Virus record (IMG/VR): IMGVR_UViG_3300042891_001180
Reading direction: 5' to 3' (one strand)
Source of the DNA: a virus
Length of the DNA: 64,000 bases
Positions within the stretch are counted from its first letter, which is position 1; each line of letters opens with the position of its first letter. The notes beneath the pieces are model-generated. The model worked only from the letters and a program-made list of their open reading frames with translations, did no database searches and was not told the origin of the DNA. Made by a program: the position numbers and the translations under genes. This document shows positions 27,197 through 38,396 of this stretch, in pieces.

Positions 27197-27982
27197 TTAA
27201 AAAGGACACTTTCTCTTACTTCTTTCTTCACTCTCCTTTTCTAAAACCAGACTTTTACTATATTTTTTATTAAAAAACATATGCATTTTACCATTTCTTT
27301 TTTCAAAAATTCTCCACCATTCTTGTTCTGTAACAGTATGAGTATGAATTTGAATTTTTTTATCTGATTGAGGTATTACATTAACCATTGCTTGACCTGG
27401 TTCTAATGAGATATCTTTAAAACTTCTTAAATTAAACATAGTATTAATATTAGTAGTACATTGATGTTTAAAACTTGTAGTTCCGGGTAGTATGATCATA
27501 TCTTCAGGGTTTTTAAAATTCCACACATGAGGTACCCATGTCCAGTTAACGTCAGACTTTGTTGTTATAACCCACGGTGACAACATCTTTAAATGGTAAT
27601 ACCTACTATCTAAAAAACCAGGATATTGTTCATTAGGATGATGCTGCGCTCCTTCATTCATATTTGGTAATTTAAGTGAGAATTCAAACTTAAAGACTCC
27701 ATTTTCAGATTTTGCGGCAAACGATGACCAAAGAGGTATTGTAAATCCACTACGAAAAAAATCTATAAAGCCACTGCAGTTGAGCATATTTGGTGTCTGA
27801 ATAAGCTTGTAGTTTTGATCTTGAGATTTTAAAAACTTAAACGGGGAAAGCTTAAAAGGTGGTATATCTTTCCACCAATCAGGGATAAACTTATGAGAGT
27901 AATCAATAGGGGTATATTTATTAACTGAATCTTTACTTGTAAAGCAGTCAATACTAATTTCTTTATTTTTAAAAATGAACAT
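27197..27982 (-). CDS. Hypothetical AT-rich protein, likely paralogous to 49382-50122
   Basis: PDWWK, CSGFIDFFRSGFTIPLW, C-terminal KCPF. Confidence 0.65.
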   Translation of the reverse strand: MFIFKNKEISIDCFTSKDSVNKYTPIDYSHKFIPDWWKDIPPFKLSPFKFLKSQDQNYKLIQTPNMLNCSGFIDFFRSGFTIPLWSSFAAKSENGVFKFEFSLKLPNMNEGAQHHPNEQYPGFLDSRYYHLKMLSPWVITTKSDVNWTWVPHVWNFKNPEDMIILPGTTSFKHQCTTNINTMFNLRSFKDISLEPGQAMVNVIPQSDKKIQIHTHTVTEQEWWRIFEKRNGKMHMFFNKKYSKSLVLEKESEERSKRKCPF

Positions 27983-27994
27983 GTTATTCCTAAT

Positions 27995-28480
27995 CTATTT
28001 GTATTTTTCTTCAAGTATCGAGCAGACCGTTTCTGCCAGATACATTTGTCGGTTCCAGGCCTCTTGCTCCCAAGGCTGATCCCGGTAAGCCTTATATGTA
28101 GTCCCTTTTTTACCAGGAGTACCGTTCCAGTGATGCATCCAGCCTTTTCTCTGTATGTATTTCTTCTTAAGTTTACCAGTATGGTATTGCTCGGCATGCA
28201 CTAACTCATGGGCAATTACTTCAAGAGCCTTTGCCCAACCCAGGCGACAGTCGATAGTAGCCAACTTACCCTCTACCTCGTAATAGCCATTGGTATTTTT
28301 AGCCTTAATGGGTGCTATACGAAACCTTACATCACAGGGAAGGTTTAATTGCTTACGAAACTCAGGTAAAGATCTCTTGATCATTAAAGCAATGACCTTA
28401 GCCGTTTTAGTATGGGTATAGATGGCCGAAAGGGACATATACACATCCTTGGTAACCATCTTATCTGAATCTTTAATCAT
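27995..28480 (-). CDS. Zn metallopeptidase-like protein
   Basis: AHELVHAEQ (HExxH); YRDQPWEQEA. Confidence 0.75.
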   Translation of the reverse strand: MIKDSDKMVTKDVYMSLSAIYTHTKTAKVIALMIKRSLPEFRKQLNLPCDVRFRIAPIKAKNTNGYYEVEGKLATIDCRLGWAKALEVIAHELVHAEQYHTGKLKKKYIQRKGWMHHWNGTPGKKGTTYKAYRDQPWEQEAWNRQMYLAETVCSILEEKYK

Positions 28481-28505
28481 AATATAGAACTCCTCTTGAT
28501 ACCCT

Positions 28506-28541
28506 ATTATAGGCGGTCGAGCGAGAAAATCAAGCAGTTAC
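28506..28541 (-). promoter_or_regulatory. Sigma70-type promoter with upstream GTAAC element
   Basis: GTAAC-TGC-TTGATT-N16-TATAAT. Confidence 0.6.
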
Positions 28542-28841
28542 CCAATTTACTTTATCCATAACCGTAACAGTTTCGGATCCATCGTATTCATCGATTATGA
28601 ATTGGGTACCGGTAGGAACCCACATAACCTCTAAGTCCTCGGCACCACCGTAATATGACTTAGTACCGTAAACCTCTTGACAGTATAGTTCTATGGTTTC
28701 GGCAGAGGTTTTTTCCAGTACCATATCTACAACTTTGGGATCAAACAGAAGCTCATCTATACTGTGCCACGAGTACCACCCGGCACCAAAGCCGGGAGAA
28801 TACAGTACGGCTACCTTTCCATCAACGGTCTTTTTTTGCAT
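28530..28841 (-). CDS. Hypothetical phage protein
   Basis: VAVLYSPGFGAGW, IDEYDGSE. Confidence 0.7.
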   Translation of the reverse strand: MQKKTVDGKVAVLYSPGFGAGWYSWHSIDELLFDPKVVDMVLEKTSAETIELYCQEVYGTKSYYGGAEDLEVMWVPTGTQFIIDEYDGSETVTVMDKVNWVTA

Positions 28842-29661
28842 ATTCTTTCCTCACAAGTTTAGCAAACTTCTTAAGTTCTTTATCATAGTCACACGACCAA
28901 TCGATGTTGCCCTTTCCGGGGCCCCAGGGCGAGTCATCCCATATGACAAAGCCGGCTTTCTTGGCTAGTTTCTTAATCTTCTTTTTCATTTTGTTCATCT
29001 ACAAATCCGAAATGTATCAGTAAATCTCGACCCAGCAACGGGCCATGCTCCCAGGAAGAGCGTGCATAACGATCACATTCCTCTACAATCATCTGGGCAA
29101 ACTTTTCAGGATCAATCAACAACACCGATTGCATCTGACCATCTACCAGAATAGTCTTATAGGACTTAGATAGTTCGGCAAATTGTTTAATCTTTTGATT
29201 CATACTTTTCTACTATGGTCACAAGAGCCTGTTTTTTAAAGCTTTCCAATATATTACTGGTATAGAAAGACATACCGTAACTACCCTTATAACAGGTATA
29301 TACCGAACCTGATTCATTCTTAATAATATAAGAATCTTCTAACTCTTCTACCTCGGTGATACCGGAGGATAAATGCCAAATATAAGATCCCGTACAACCA
29401 CCGTACCAGGAAGAAAGGATTCTCTGAACCACAGTACCTTCCATGGCAATCTCAATCACCACCCATCTATCAGGTGTATATTCACTCACCGATATTCTCC
29501 ATATCAAACCACTCGTAAAGTTCATGCATGATACTGTCTTTTATAGTACTGGTAATGAACTCTTCCGATGGGTTATCATCATGCTTAAATGCACGGCGAT
29601 AACCATAGGCTACTCCATTCTCAATACACATCTCTAATACAGGTAAAAATTTAGGTTTCAT
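28822..29661 (-). other. Run of four coupled small hypothetical ORFs (about 28822-28989, 28973-29203, 29187-29488, 29482-29661)
   Basis: Overlapping start and stop codons; 28822-28989 (MKKKIKKLAKKAGFVIW...) is absent from the ORF track. Confidence 0.55.
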
Positions 29662-30175
29662 AATGACCCCAGATCTGGAGGGTATGGCGGGGGTAGGGGG
29701 CAAGGGGGGATACAGTGGTAACCATGTGACCGGTTTGATCGGTATTAATGTTAATGCTATTGAAGTGGGGGAAGTTAACCCGAAGAACATTACTATCTTT
29801 ATAAACAAATAAACCACCCCAATTAATACTCCACTCAGGTGTTAAATATATGGTCGCACCAAAAATAGTACCACCATCAGGATGCATATTGATACCGGAG
29901 AGGGGGTGCCAGAGGTAGTGCTGAACGCTGATTTTGTTGCATCCCGGTACATGGGGTTTTATAAGGTTAATGACCCTATCCTTTAGGTCGTCGCTACAAA
30001 AGGCATGAGAAACGGTACCTATAACGGCTCCCTCAGTCAGTGATTTTGGCCAGTGTAGGTTGCTGGAGCGCCAGGAATTACGTACCTCCATGCTGGTTGA
30101 GGATCTTAAATAATCCACCTCATTTTTCGCCATATCAATGGTACTGGAATCTAAGAAATTATACAGTGTCTTCAT
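29651..30175 (-). CDS. 2OG-Fe(II) oxygenase (prolyl-hydroxylase-like)
   Basis: MHPD, IYL..EW.INWGG, HMVT, R..LQIW. Confidence 0.8.
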   Translation of the reverse strand: MKTLYNFLDSSTIDMAKNEVDYLRSSTSMEVRNSWRSSNLHWPKSLTEGAVIGTVSHAFCSDDLKDRVINLIKPHVPGCNKISVQHYLWHPLSGINMHPDGGTIFGATIYLTPEWSINWGGLFVYKDSNVLRVNFPHFNSININTDQTGHMVTTVSPLAPYPRHTLQIWGHYET

Positions 30176-30450
30176 AAGAATGTCTTTATAAAATTATTAA
30201 CAATATCAGCCACCAGGGCGAATACTCATTATAGAGTATAAACGCAATAAAGGCAAGCTTTACTGCCATAACAGAAAGAAGGTAGAGATACTGATTTATC
30301 ACAACATCTTCCATAGGTGGAGTAAAAAGGCATAACCAAGCCCTCCAATCAGGAAGAGCATCAAAAGGCCAACGAAGGAGTATACGATGATGAAAAATGT
30401 ACGCCAGAAAATTTTCCAGATCAATTCTAAAAAATCTTTTATTTGGTCCA

Positions 30451-30681
30451 TTACTTAAACATCGCTTTATTACGCCTATCAATCTCCCTGTCCATATCCA
30501 TGATCCACTCTATAATGGTCCTGGCATTGTACTTGGTATCGTACCCGTTAACGCGGAGTTTACGGCGGCGGTCCTCGGCGTACCCGTGGAGGGTTCTGAT
30601 GACGTTATGCAGATGGTTGGTCTCCATCTCTTTGATAGGGATATCGCCATTCTTGGATGGCCATGAAGTTAAACGTGACAT
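30451..30681 (-). CDS. Hypothetical protein
   Basis: AAAGGAA RBS; IKEMETNHLHNVIR. Confidence 0.65.
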   Translation of the reverse strand: MSRLTSWPSKNGDIPIKEMETNHLHNVIRTLHGYAEDRRRKLRVNGYDTKYNARTIIEWIMDMDREIDRRNKAMFK

Positions 30682-30953
30682 AATAAAGTTCCTTTCTAGG
30701 GTTGTTCCACGGGGTTTTCCTAGCGCAAAAATTTTCTCCGGAGGGAGTTCTAGAGCAAAATTCTAGCGCGCGGAAATTTTTTAACATAGGTATAAGTAAC
30801 GGTGCCTGAAACCTGGTTGATAGAGTAACTATACTTTTTTTTGAGAAAGTGAGTACTACTGTTTTTGTATAGGTGGGGCTGGGCCCTATACGGGTAGCCA
30901 TTTAAACCGGGTTCTCTCTTAAGCGCTATCTTACCCGGTACCCCTTAATCTTC

Positions 30954-31391
30954 TTATGCTCCGAAATAATCGGCCATATCATCTACATCGGATTCTGTAT
31001 ACGGGACGAATGTAGTATCATTCCACTGCTCGGCCTGTAAGATAAAGCTATCGGCCGTACTAGGAGGTATACGAAGAATTCTAACGATTTCGTGATCGGT
31101 ATAGCCTAGAGTCAACATCTCGGCCGCTTTCTCAATAAGATCTTTCATATTAGGCTTTCATCATAAACAAGAAGTAGAAGAAGATGGGGCCGCCTACTAG
31201 AGCAGCCATCAATAGGGCCTGGCCCAGTTCTTTAGCAAATTCTTTCATTTCAATTCCTTAATAAGAGCCTTAACGAATTCTCTGATGATGGTATCCGTAT
31301 CCTTCATCTGCTCCATCGGATCCTTATCTAAGACCAGGACCACATTATCGATGAGCTTATTAACAGCCATCTTATCTATAGTACTACTCAT
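30954..31391 (-). other. Three small ORFs (30954-31148, about 31150-31248 membrane, about 31245-31391)
   Basis: Closely spaced or overlapping ORFs read by eye. Confidence 0.5.
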
Positions 31392-31392
31392 A

Positions 31393-31725
31393 TCAAGCAC
31401 CTAAAGAGGCAAAGGGGTTACCTTTAGCAGTCGGGGCATTAGCCAAGAAGGCGTCGATCTCAGCCAGCTTCTGAGCCTTCTTAGTAGAAGAGGTACCTTG
31501 AACGCTCTCAGAGACCTTCTTATACTGAGGGGATACCTTGCCCATGATCTCGTCCACGTTATTAGCAGAGAACAAGATCTTAGAAGCTTTCGTATGATAG
31601 ACGAAAGCATTAGAGCGGCTTACGCCCAAGATGTTCATGATCTCGGACAAAGCCAGGGCCTTATCAGGAGTATTACGAACGATTGAAACTGCTGTCTCGA
31701 GGTTAGTTACTTTTGTCATTTTCAT
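31393..31725 (-). CDS. Putative HTH-type DNA-binding early protein
   Basis: ALSEIMNILGVSRSNAFVY resembles an HTH; AAGGA RBS; own promoter. Confidence 0.6.
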   Translation of the reverse strand: MKMTKVTNLETAVSIVRNTPDKALALSEIMNILGVSRSNAFVYHTKASKILFSANNVDEIMGKVSPQYKKVSESVQGTSSTKKAQKLAEIDAFLANAPTAKGNPFASLGA

Positions 31726-31755
31726 TTCCTTATGTGTGCGTGTTAAGATGTATCT

Positions 31756-31824
31756 ATTATAAGCTATTTCTAATAACCATGCAACTGGTAGGGTTATTAT
31801 TTACGGGTAACTATAACTAGTTAC
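31756..31824 (-). promoter_or_regulatory. Promoter TTGCAT-N17-TATAAT with upstream 18-mer GTAACTATAACTAGTTAC
   Basis: The same 18-mer occurs at 38449-38466. Confidence 0.7.
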
Positions 31825-32614
31825 TTTCCGCTGGCGCCAAAAGGCGTTGGAATCCACGGAGAGCGGTATTAAAGGCACATCTCTCTACAGACCCAAATTC
31901 ATGTGGATAACGCTTGAAAAGCTGGAGTGTTTCCAGGATTCCAAGGCCCATCGATTCGGCTTCCTTCTGGACGATATCCAGAGCCTCTTTCTGGGTCATT
32001 GTTTCAAACTGCATCATGAGCCTCCACTTGCTTGAAAACGCGCAAGATTTCGGGACACGCTTCACGCGGCAGACCCTCTTCAACCATCAGATCGATGATG
32101 AAGTCTTCATTAAGATCACATGCAATAGCATCGGTGATAATCATGTGCAGGTTAGACATCTTAGACATTATACAGACTCCTTTTGTTTAGCATCCATTAC
32201 TTCGCAAAGAATGAACTTTGCAACATTCATCTGCTGGCGAACATGCTCTACAGCACGAGGACCAGCACCCATTCCCAACATCTCTTGGCAGTCGGACAAA
32301 ATGCCCATCACCACCATCTCTTGACCGGAGAACTTAGCGGTCAAAGATTCCATGTACTGAACACGGATCTGAGCTTCTGTCATTCCGTACATCTTCATTT
32401 CTGCGTAAGCTGTCATCTTAGTTCCTTATTAATAGAGAGAGGTGATTTTGTTTTCGGCAGTTTCGAGAATGTCGAGAACTTCGTCGGCTAAATTCTGCTC
32501 GGAAGGCTCGATTTGAAACTGGCTAATTGCAGAATCGAGAACTTGGAGGAGGAGAGCGAGTTGCTCTTCTGTAAGCTTGATCGTAGTTTGCATAATACCC
32601 TTTCCGTTGAACAT
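31817..32614 (-). other. Operon of four small ORFs (about 31817-32017, 32000-32160, 32168-32416, 32429-32593)
   Basis: RBS-bearing short ORFs downstream of the promoter at 32620-32648. Confidence 0.55.
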
Positions 32615-32619
32615 ACGTT

Positions 32620-32735
32620 ATTATAGTCCAGTTCGGACCAAACGTCAACCTAATACCCTTACGTTACGGTTGGGTACTTTGCAGAAGTAACTAGTTAATT
32701 TGCATTTCATTCTGCATATATTATAGTTACTTTTT
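32620..32735 (-). promoter_or_regulatory. Promoter TTGACG-N17-TATAAT plus GTAACTA-N30-TAGTTAC element (copy 1)
   Basis: Imperfect duplicate of about 70 bp at 35490-35572. Confidence 0.7.
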
Positions 32736-32828
32736 AGGGAAAGCGTTTAAGAGGGCAGAAAAATACTATTTTTATTAATATAAATACATACCAATTTAAA
32801 ATAAATTATAGTAAGTCATCCTTACTAA

Positions 32829-33978
32829 TTATCTTTGATAATCTCTAATATCATAATCGTCTGGTAATTCTTCTATTCTACTGAATACTATATCGTTATT
32901 ATCGATTATATCCTCTATCTTACTGATCATTATCTCATCCTTTATCCCTCTAGAAGGAGATTCTTTATACGATTTTAGTAATGCTTTTAACTCTTCTTTA
33001 TCGGTCATATTATTTCCAATCACCGTTTCTTTTCATATCCCATAATACCGCCCCTATTACTACCACAATAAAGGTAATGAAGATAGTATCATTATACGTC
33101 CACATCTATATACCTGCCTTTATCCAAATCTAATCTCATATTTCTTTGTACTCTCTCGGCAATTAACCCATCGAAGTTTCTCTTCTCTACCAATTTCCGA
33201 TAATCTTCTTCTCTTTTATGTTGATTATTGGCTCTTTCGGCCCTATCTAATTCGATATTGCGATTGTTTATTCTATCTATTTTCATAGCCTGTTCCTATA
33301 CTTAATAAAGTTATTTAGACCCTCCTCGGTGCCCATACTATATTCTTTATTATCTGTATTTCTATCGATACCGGCATTAATGTTATAAAGTCTTTCTATT
33401 TCATTGGCGGCCTCTTCTAATAGATCAGATAATCGATCGGGTTGATTATCCTGTACTGATTTCCTAGTCGGTATCTGTCTACGGATTTCCGCCCTTTTTC
33501 TTAGCCGATATACTAGGTCTTCTGACATTAATTAACTCCGAAACGTGCATTTAATATTTGAATCTGTTCGTTAATACAGGTATTATATTCACAATCATAC
33601 AAGTTACCGGTATAGGGGTCACCCCTTTTACTTATCTCCAGCTCCTTAATACAATCCTGAATGATTAACTTGCCGAACTTTTCAATCCATATATCGCCAA
33701 AGTTCTCACCAAAATTAATATTCTTGAGAGCGAACTCATGGGCTTCATCGGAAAGTAATTTAAATTGTTCGTTCATATTAATAACTCTGATGTGAATGTC
33801 CGATACGGTATATTGGATTACCTGGAACGATTTCTTCAGTCTCAGGTGTATAGAGTTCCGGTAACATAATATCGGCAAATTCCCCATAACAGTAGTACCC
33901 AGACTCGGTTACTACTAATTCTGCATCTGAAGGCAACTTGCTTAATGCCTCTATCATTTCTTTTACTGTAATAGTCAT
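32829..33978 (-). other. Run of small hypothetical ORFs (about 32829-33008, 33092-33286, 33283-33528, 33528-33776, 33778-33978)
   Basis: Coupled ORFs; 33283-33528 carries LVYRLRKRAEIRRQIPTRKSV. Confidence 0.6.
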
Positions 33979-33979
33979 A

Positions 33980-34870
33980 TCAGTTCCCCTGAGTTAAAAC
34001 GTATTTAGCGAGGTCTTTCCATTGAGGATTACCGGTATTGGCAATCTTCGTAACGGCAATCAAGCTACGTAAAGACATATTAGGAATCTTACCTAAATTA
34101 GACTTCAGGAAGTCCAGAGCCAAACCCTTGGCAATAGCATTCACTTCCGGAAGAAACTCGTCGGACTTTGCAATCACTTCCATTCTCTCAAGCTTCTGAG
34201 CCTCAGTCATCGATAAGTCAACAACTAAAGAACGAGTACGAATTGCCTGATCGATCTTCTCCAAAGCCATATTCGATACGAATACGATAGAGCCGGTAAA
34301 CTCGAACGAGCGCGGCAGATCATCGTCACGCATATCGGCGTTCCAAGAGATATAGCGCTTAGAATAAGAGTCCAAAGCACCCTTCAAGAGATTCTTAGCA
34401 ACATCGTCTTTCAAGATACTATCGCAGTCATCGAACACGATAACCATACCGTTATTCTCAAAAAGCGTACGATACAAGCCCTTAGCGGTCGAGTAACCCT
34501 TAACCACCGTATAGGACTTAGCCTTATTGACCTTTGCACCGATAGCAAAATTAGCCAAATCAGTCAGGTTCGTAAAGCCGTTCTTCTCAAGAGACTTCAA
34601 AACCGTATACGATTTACCAAGACCGCCTTCACCGGTAATAACGGCCGAGGGCAAAGTCTTCTGAACGATCATATCAACCATCTGCTCAACAAAGCTAAAA
34701 CGCTGATTGATACCGAACTCCGAAGCTACGGGAGCAGGAGCCTCTTTGAAAGCCAACTTCTGACCTTCAAGTTGACGCTGAACGTAATACTTACCGGAAG
34801 AACGGCAAATGGCTTTACCGTTAACATAACCTACGTATTTCTCGCCATCAAATTTAATTTCTGTGTGCAT
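33980..34870 (-). CDS. P-loop AAA-type ATPase
   Basis: GEGGLGKS Walker A; VFDDCD Walker B; own promoter TTGCCG-N17-TATAAT at 34896-34924. Confidence 0.8.
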   Translation of the reverse strand: MHTEIKFDGEKYVGYVNGKAICRSSGKYYVQRQLEGQKLAFKEAPAPVASEFGINQRFSFVEQMVDMIVQKTLPSAVITGEGGLGKSYTVLKSLEKNGFTNLTDLANFAIGAKVNKAKSYTVVKGYSTAKGLYRTLFENNGMVIVFDDCDSILKDDVAKNLLKGALDSYSKRYISWNADMRDDDLPRSFEFTGSIVFVSNMALEKIDQAIRTRSLVVDLSMTEAQKLERMEVIAKSDEFLPEVNAIAKGLALDFLKSNLGKIPNMSLRSLIAVTKIANTGNPQWKDLAKYVLTQGN

Positions 34871-34925
34871 AATGTGTTCCTTTAAACGATGACCAATTAT
34901 AAGCTAGTTTCGGCGTTACGGCAAC

Positions 34926-35153
34926 TTAAGCCGTAACCCTTGCTGAATACCAGCCTTCTTTCTCAATCTTGCGGTTAGCCCGGCGAATGGTGTTATAAGC
35001 TTTCTCAACGCCTGGGGTTGAGAGAGAGGCATGAATTGAACCGTTAGCCTGGAGGAAGGCTACAGCATCGTGCTTGGCTTTATAAGTCTTAAAGGCAATT
35101 GCAGGGATTAACATCTCGTAACCGCCTGCTGGTGTGAACTTTACTTTATCCAT
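34926..35153 (-). CDS. Hypothetical early protein
   Basis: AGGAG RBS; promoter GTAAC-GG-TTGACG-N16-TATAAT at 35179-35213. Confidence 0.65.
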   Translation of the reverse strand: MDKVKFTPAGGYEMLIPAIAFKTYKAKHDAVAFLQANGSIHASLSTPGVEKAYNTIRRANRKIEKEGWYSARVTA

Positions 35154-35242
35154 TTTCGTTTTCTCCTGTTGATGCCCTATTATAGCTCAATTTTACGTTT
35201 CGTCAACCGTTACGTAAAGAACCCTTACTTTTTAGTAAGGTA

Positions 35243-35434
35243 TTAGGCTTCTACCTCAAAACTCTTACAGATAATCTCATTAATCAAATCTTCATTATAA
35301 TCTTCTGCTTCTACATTATTAACCAGTAATACACATAATGTATCACCATTATCAAATTCTAAACTATATTCGTTATTATCTACATTGCAAGTAATAACAT
35401 TACCATTAACTACCACATTACTAATATTAAACAT
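35243..35434 (-). CDS. Small acidic Asn-rich protein
   Basis: AAGGAG RBS; promoter at 35458-35499. Confidence 0.6.
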   Translation of the reverse strand: MFNISNVVVNGNVITCNVDNNEYSLEFDNGDTLCVLLVNNVEAEDYNEDLINEIICKSFEVEA

Positions 35435-35457
35435 CTTATCTCCTTTAAACATACGTA

Positions 35458-35572
35458 ATTATAGGCTCTTTCGAGCCTATCGTCAAGGAGTTACGTTACT
35501 GGGAAGATGGGTATTGTGCAAAAGTAACTAGATCATTTGCCGTTTAAAATGCATATAAAATAGTTACTTTTT
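35458..35572 (-). promoter_or_regulatory. Promoter TTGACG-N17-TATAAT with hairpin spacer, tandem GTAAC and GTAACTA-N30-TAGTTAC element (copy 2)
   Basis: ATAGGCTC-GAAA-GAGCCTAT in the spacer; duplicate of 32660-32735. Confidence 0.7.
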
Positions 35573-36204
35573 TATTGTCTTTCTGTGATTGAATAAAACC
35601 AATCATCCCCCGAAGTCCACTTACGGGTACCATCTACTGTGTATAAGGTCTGGGCGGCTTTAAAATCAGGAAATTTTGTTACTCCTGAAATTAAACTCTG
35701 ATCATACCACAAACATCTATTGTTAGGTTGGCATGCAAACTGACCATTTTCCAATTTTATAAAGTTAAAACTCTTATGCTCTTCCGCAACCTCTGTAAAA
35801 CCTGTATCAAGATCCATACCATCGGCACAGAAATCTACAGTAAACAAATAGTTACCATAATGCCATTCTTTGTCTTTTCCTAAAAATTTTACTCCTAAAT
35901 TACGAAGACCTATTTTTTCAACAATAGTAAAACTATAACCCATACAGTCCCACAACTGTAATGTATCTATTGGCAAGGTTCCGCTGAAGTTCTCTTGCCA
36001 TACATAGGCATGAATAGGTAGTTTATCATAAAGAGCACCATAATTGGGTAACAGGCTTTCGATACGAAATACCTGCCCCCTAAGGGCTTTAAGACTGATC
36101 CATATAGCAGGTTCTAATTCCCCATGACCTTTTTCAAAGTTATAAAGAAATTCTCGTTTAACAAAACATTTTATAGGCGGCAATGACCCTATGACATAAC
36201 TCAT
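35572..36204 (-). CDS. Hypothetical phage protein
   Basis: GALYDKLPIHA, QLWDC, YLFTVD, NGQFACQPNNR. Confidence 0.75.
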   Translation of the reverse strand: MSYVIGSLPPIKCFVKREFLYNFEKGHGELEPAIWISLKALRGQVFRIESLLPNYGALYDKLPIHAYVWQENFSGTLPIDTLQLWDCMGYSFTIVEKIGLRNLGVKFLGKDKEWHYGNYLFTVDFCADGMDLDTGFTEVAEEHKSFNFIKLENGQFACQPNNRCLWYDQSLISGVTKFPDFKAAQTLYTVDGTRKWTSGDDWFYSITERQ

Positions 36205-36224
36205 TATTATCCTTAAAATTTACC

Positions 36225-36806
36225 TTATGCTAATAAAAAACCCAGTCGGTCTCCTGAAGGGCTATTATAGAACTCATCCTTCCATACGGGGATGATGGTT
36301 GTAGCGTTATGATTGGAGAAATCATCGTTATACCTAAAATGCACCTCTATGACCTTATTACCTATCACCTCTACATTGAACCAGGGATACTTGTCTGCTA
36401 TATCTTGTAATATTTCAGGCAGATCAAATATCGTATCGACCTTGGTCCATCGACTGAATCTATCTAGTCGTAATGGATCGTTTCTGAACCCTTCGACAGC
36501 AAGTACCTGCTTACCCCAATGATAGTCGAAACTAAGATGTCTACCGGTAAATACCTCGCACCAAAAATAGCCATTTGGAATCGTATCTGAATCTAGGTAT
36601 TGAATCCTGGCTCCCATCGACATCATCTTTAGATTCATAATGGGTCTTACCACATACTGGCCAGGATAGGGCGGTACGATACCAGCAGGGCCACATACGT
36701 ATCCCAGTTTCTTCGAAAGAATTAATTTATCTACACACCAGAGATCTTGTAGGGCAATGCTATCAAAGACATCAGCATCTCCTACTAACGGAACCTTATT
36801 CTCCAT
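36225..36806 (-). CDS. ATP-grasp-like protein
   Basis: YVVRP, WCEVFTG.HLSFDY, FNVE..G.KVIEVHFRYN. Confidence 0.6.
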   Translation of the reverse strand: MENKVPLVGDADVFDSIALQDLWCVDKLILSKKLGYVCGPAGIVPPYPGQYVVRPIMNLKMMSMGARIQYLDSDTIPNGYFWCEVFTGRHLSFDYHWGKQVLAVEGFRNDPLRLDRFSRWTKVDTIFDLPEILQDIADKYPWFNVEVIGNKVIEVHFRYNDDFSNHNATTIIPVWKDEFYNSPSGDRLGFLLA

Positions 36807-38372
36807 CTAACCACTTGGCTACATCTGCCTCGCCAAAGAGAACGAGTTCTTCCATCTCATAGACGAGATAGCAATTATTACAGACCGTTCTATAGTCAAC
36901 CGCTCTGTTGTTTTCCCTGGTATATGCCTTGGTAGAAATCGTCCATCCATCCTCATTATCCTTGGCCTTATGACCACAAGTGAATATAACTGTCATTGAT
37001 TAACCTCTATATTTAAATTGTAGATAGGAGTATTATCCAATTGCGATAGCCACAAGGCAACCCTATCTAAGACGTCTTCCTTATCGTTTGTTTCGTAAAC
37101 GAAGTCAGAATGAAACTCATCTGTTACAGTTAACTTAAATAGAGGAATCATTAGAACTGCTCTCCATTCTCGTAAGAACGTAGTCTGCAACTGCAATCGC
37201 AAAAGGTCTTAGATCTTCCACCTTCACCCACTTACCTGAAACGTCAGTAGGAACTTTTTCAATAAGAACGTCTAAAATAGGTCTTTGTGCTTCCATAATC
37301 TCCCTCTTTCGCCACATATTATTGTTCCATTGGATCGCCAAGTTCGTATTCGGTAATCTCTACCATTTCCCAGTCCAAGCTTTCGCGGTTAAATTGATCT
37401 AAGAGCTGAACAGCTAACTCTTTATTGCGGGCAATGTATCCGTTTTCATCACCAATTTTTCTAATTCGCCACATATTTATTCTTTCTCTTGCATGAAAAA
37501 CTCATCCAAGTGACCCTGAACTCGCTCGTCATCTGAAGAGTAGAATACATAGTCTCCAAGCACCGTCACGTGCTCTTCATCCACATACTCAAAGCCGCCA
37601 TAGTAATCCAGGGTACGACGATTATTTTTTCGAATAGCAATATTGTCTTCGTTAATAAAGACATCATAAGCCGCTCTTGAATCTAACCCGATCTCAGTAG
37701 GTTTTACTAATCGAAACTCATCATCGATCAATTGCTCAACCATCTCGTTCATGAGATTCTTAATAGTATACAGATCAGCCATTATACGTTCTCCAAGTTA
37801 ACCAACATCATTTCGTTGTAGGTCTTACGAATAGCAGGGTACATGACCTTACCATCGTACTCCAATTGTGACTGCTCGTAATCAGTCATGAAGTCATCCT
37901 CGACCTTCTCGTAGCCAATAATACTGCTACGATAGTAATCGCTAGACTCATCGATGATGAAGCGGAGTTCATCTACGATCATACGGAGTTTCTTATCGGC
38001 AAACTCTTCGTTCCAGCGAAAGCCTTCGACGTCGACGATATAGTCGGTACCGCCCTTGGCTTTCCAATACTGGGGAACCTCCCCCTCGCCATCCCAATCA
38101 TGGGCGCCGTAGTTCTCTTGATCCTGGGTAAAAATATACAATTTCATACAAACTCACATTCTTGGTTGTTGAACAATTCCCACTCTTGACCGCATTTGTA
38201 ATTATAGTTATATTCTTCAGCCATTGCAATACATTCTTCTTCTACGTCAGAGTAAAATACTACTTTACCCAAGCGTACTCCATTAACAGGAGCAGACCAT
38301 TCAGTCACATCGTAACGCATACGCTTATCATCGTAATCATATGTGTACTTGGCGTTATAATAATCTTGCATT
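36796..38372 (-). other. Operon of small, mostly acidic ORFs (about 36796-36996, 36993-37151, 37135-37317, 37319-37474, 37477-37782, 37782-38147, 38144-38371)
   Basis: Coupled ORFs downstream of the promoter at 38397-38444. Confidence 0.6.
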
Positions 38373-38396
38373 TCGTTATCTCCTTTAGATGTATCT

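Noticed and set aside
30443-30901. ORFs 30443-30766 (+) and 30605-30901 (-)
   Set aside because: They overlap the better-supported 30451-30681 and lack a convincing RBS; region treated as non-coding, though not fully excluded
32779-32786. Plus-strand TATAAATA late promoter
   Set aside because: No downstream plus-strand ORF and very AT-rich context, so a chance match is likely; antisense transcription cannot be excluded
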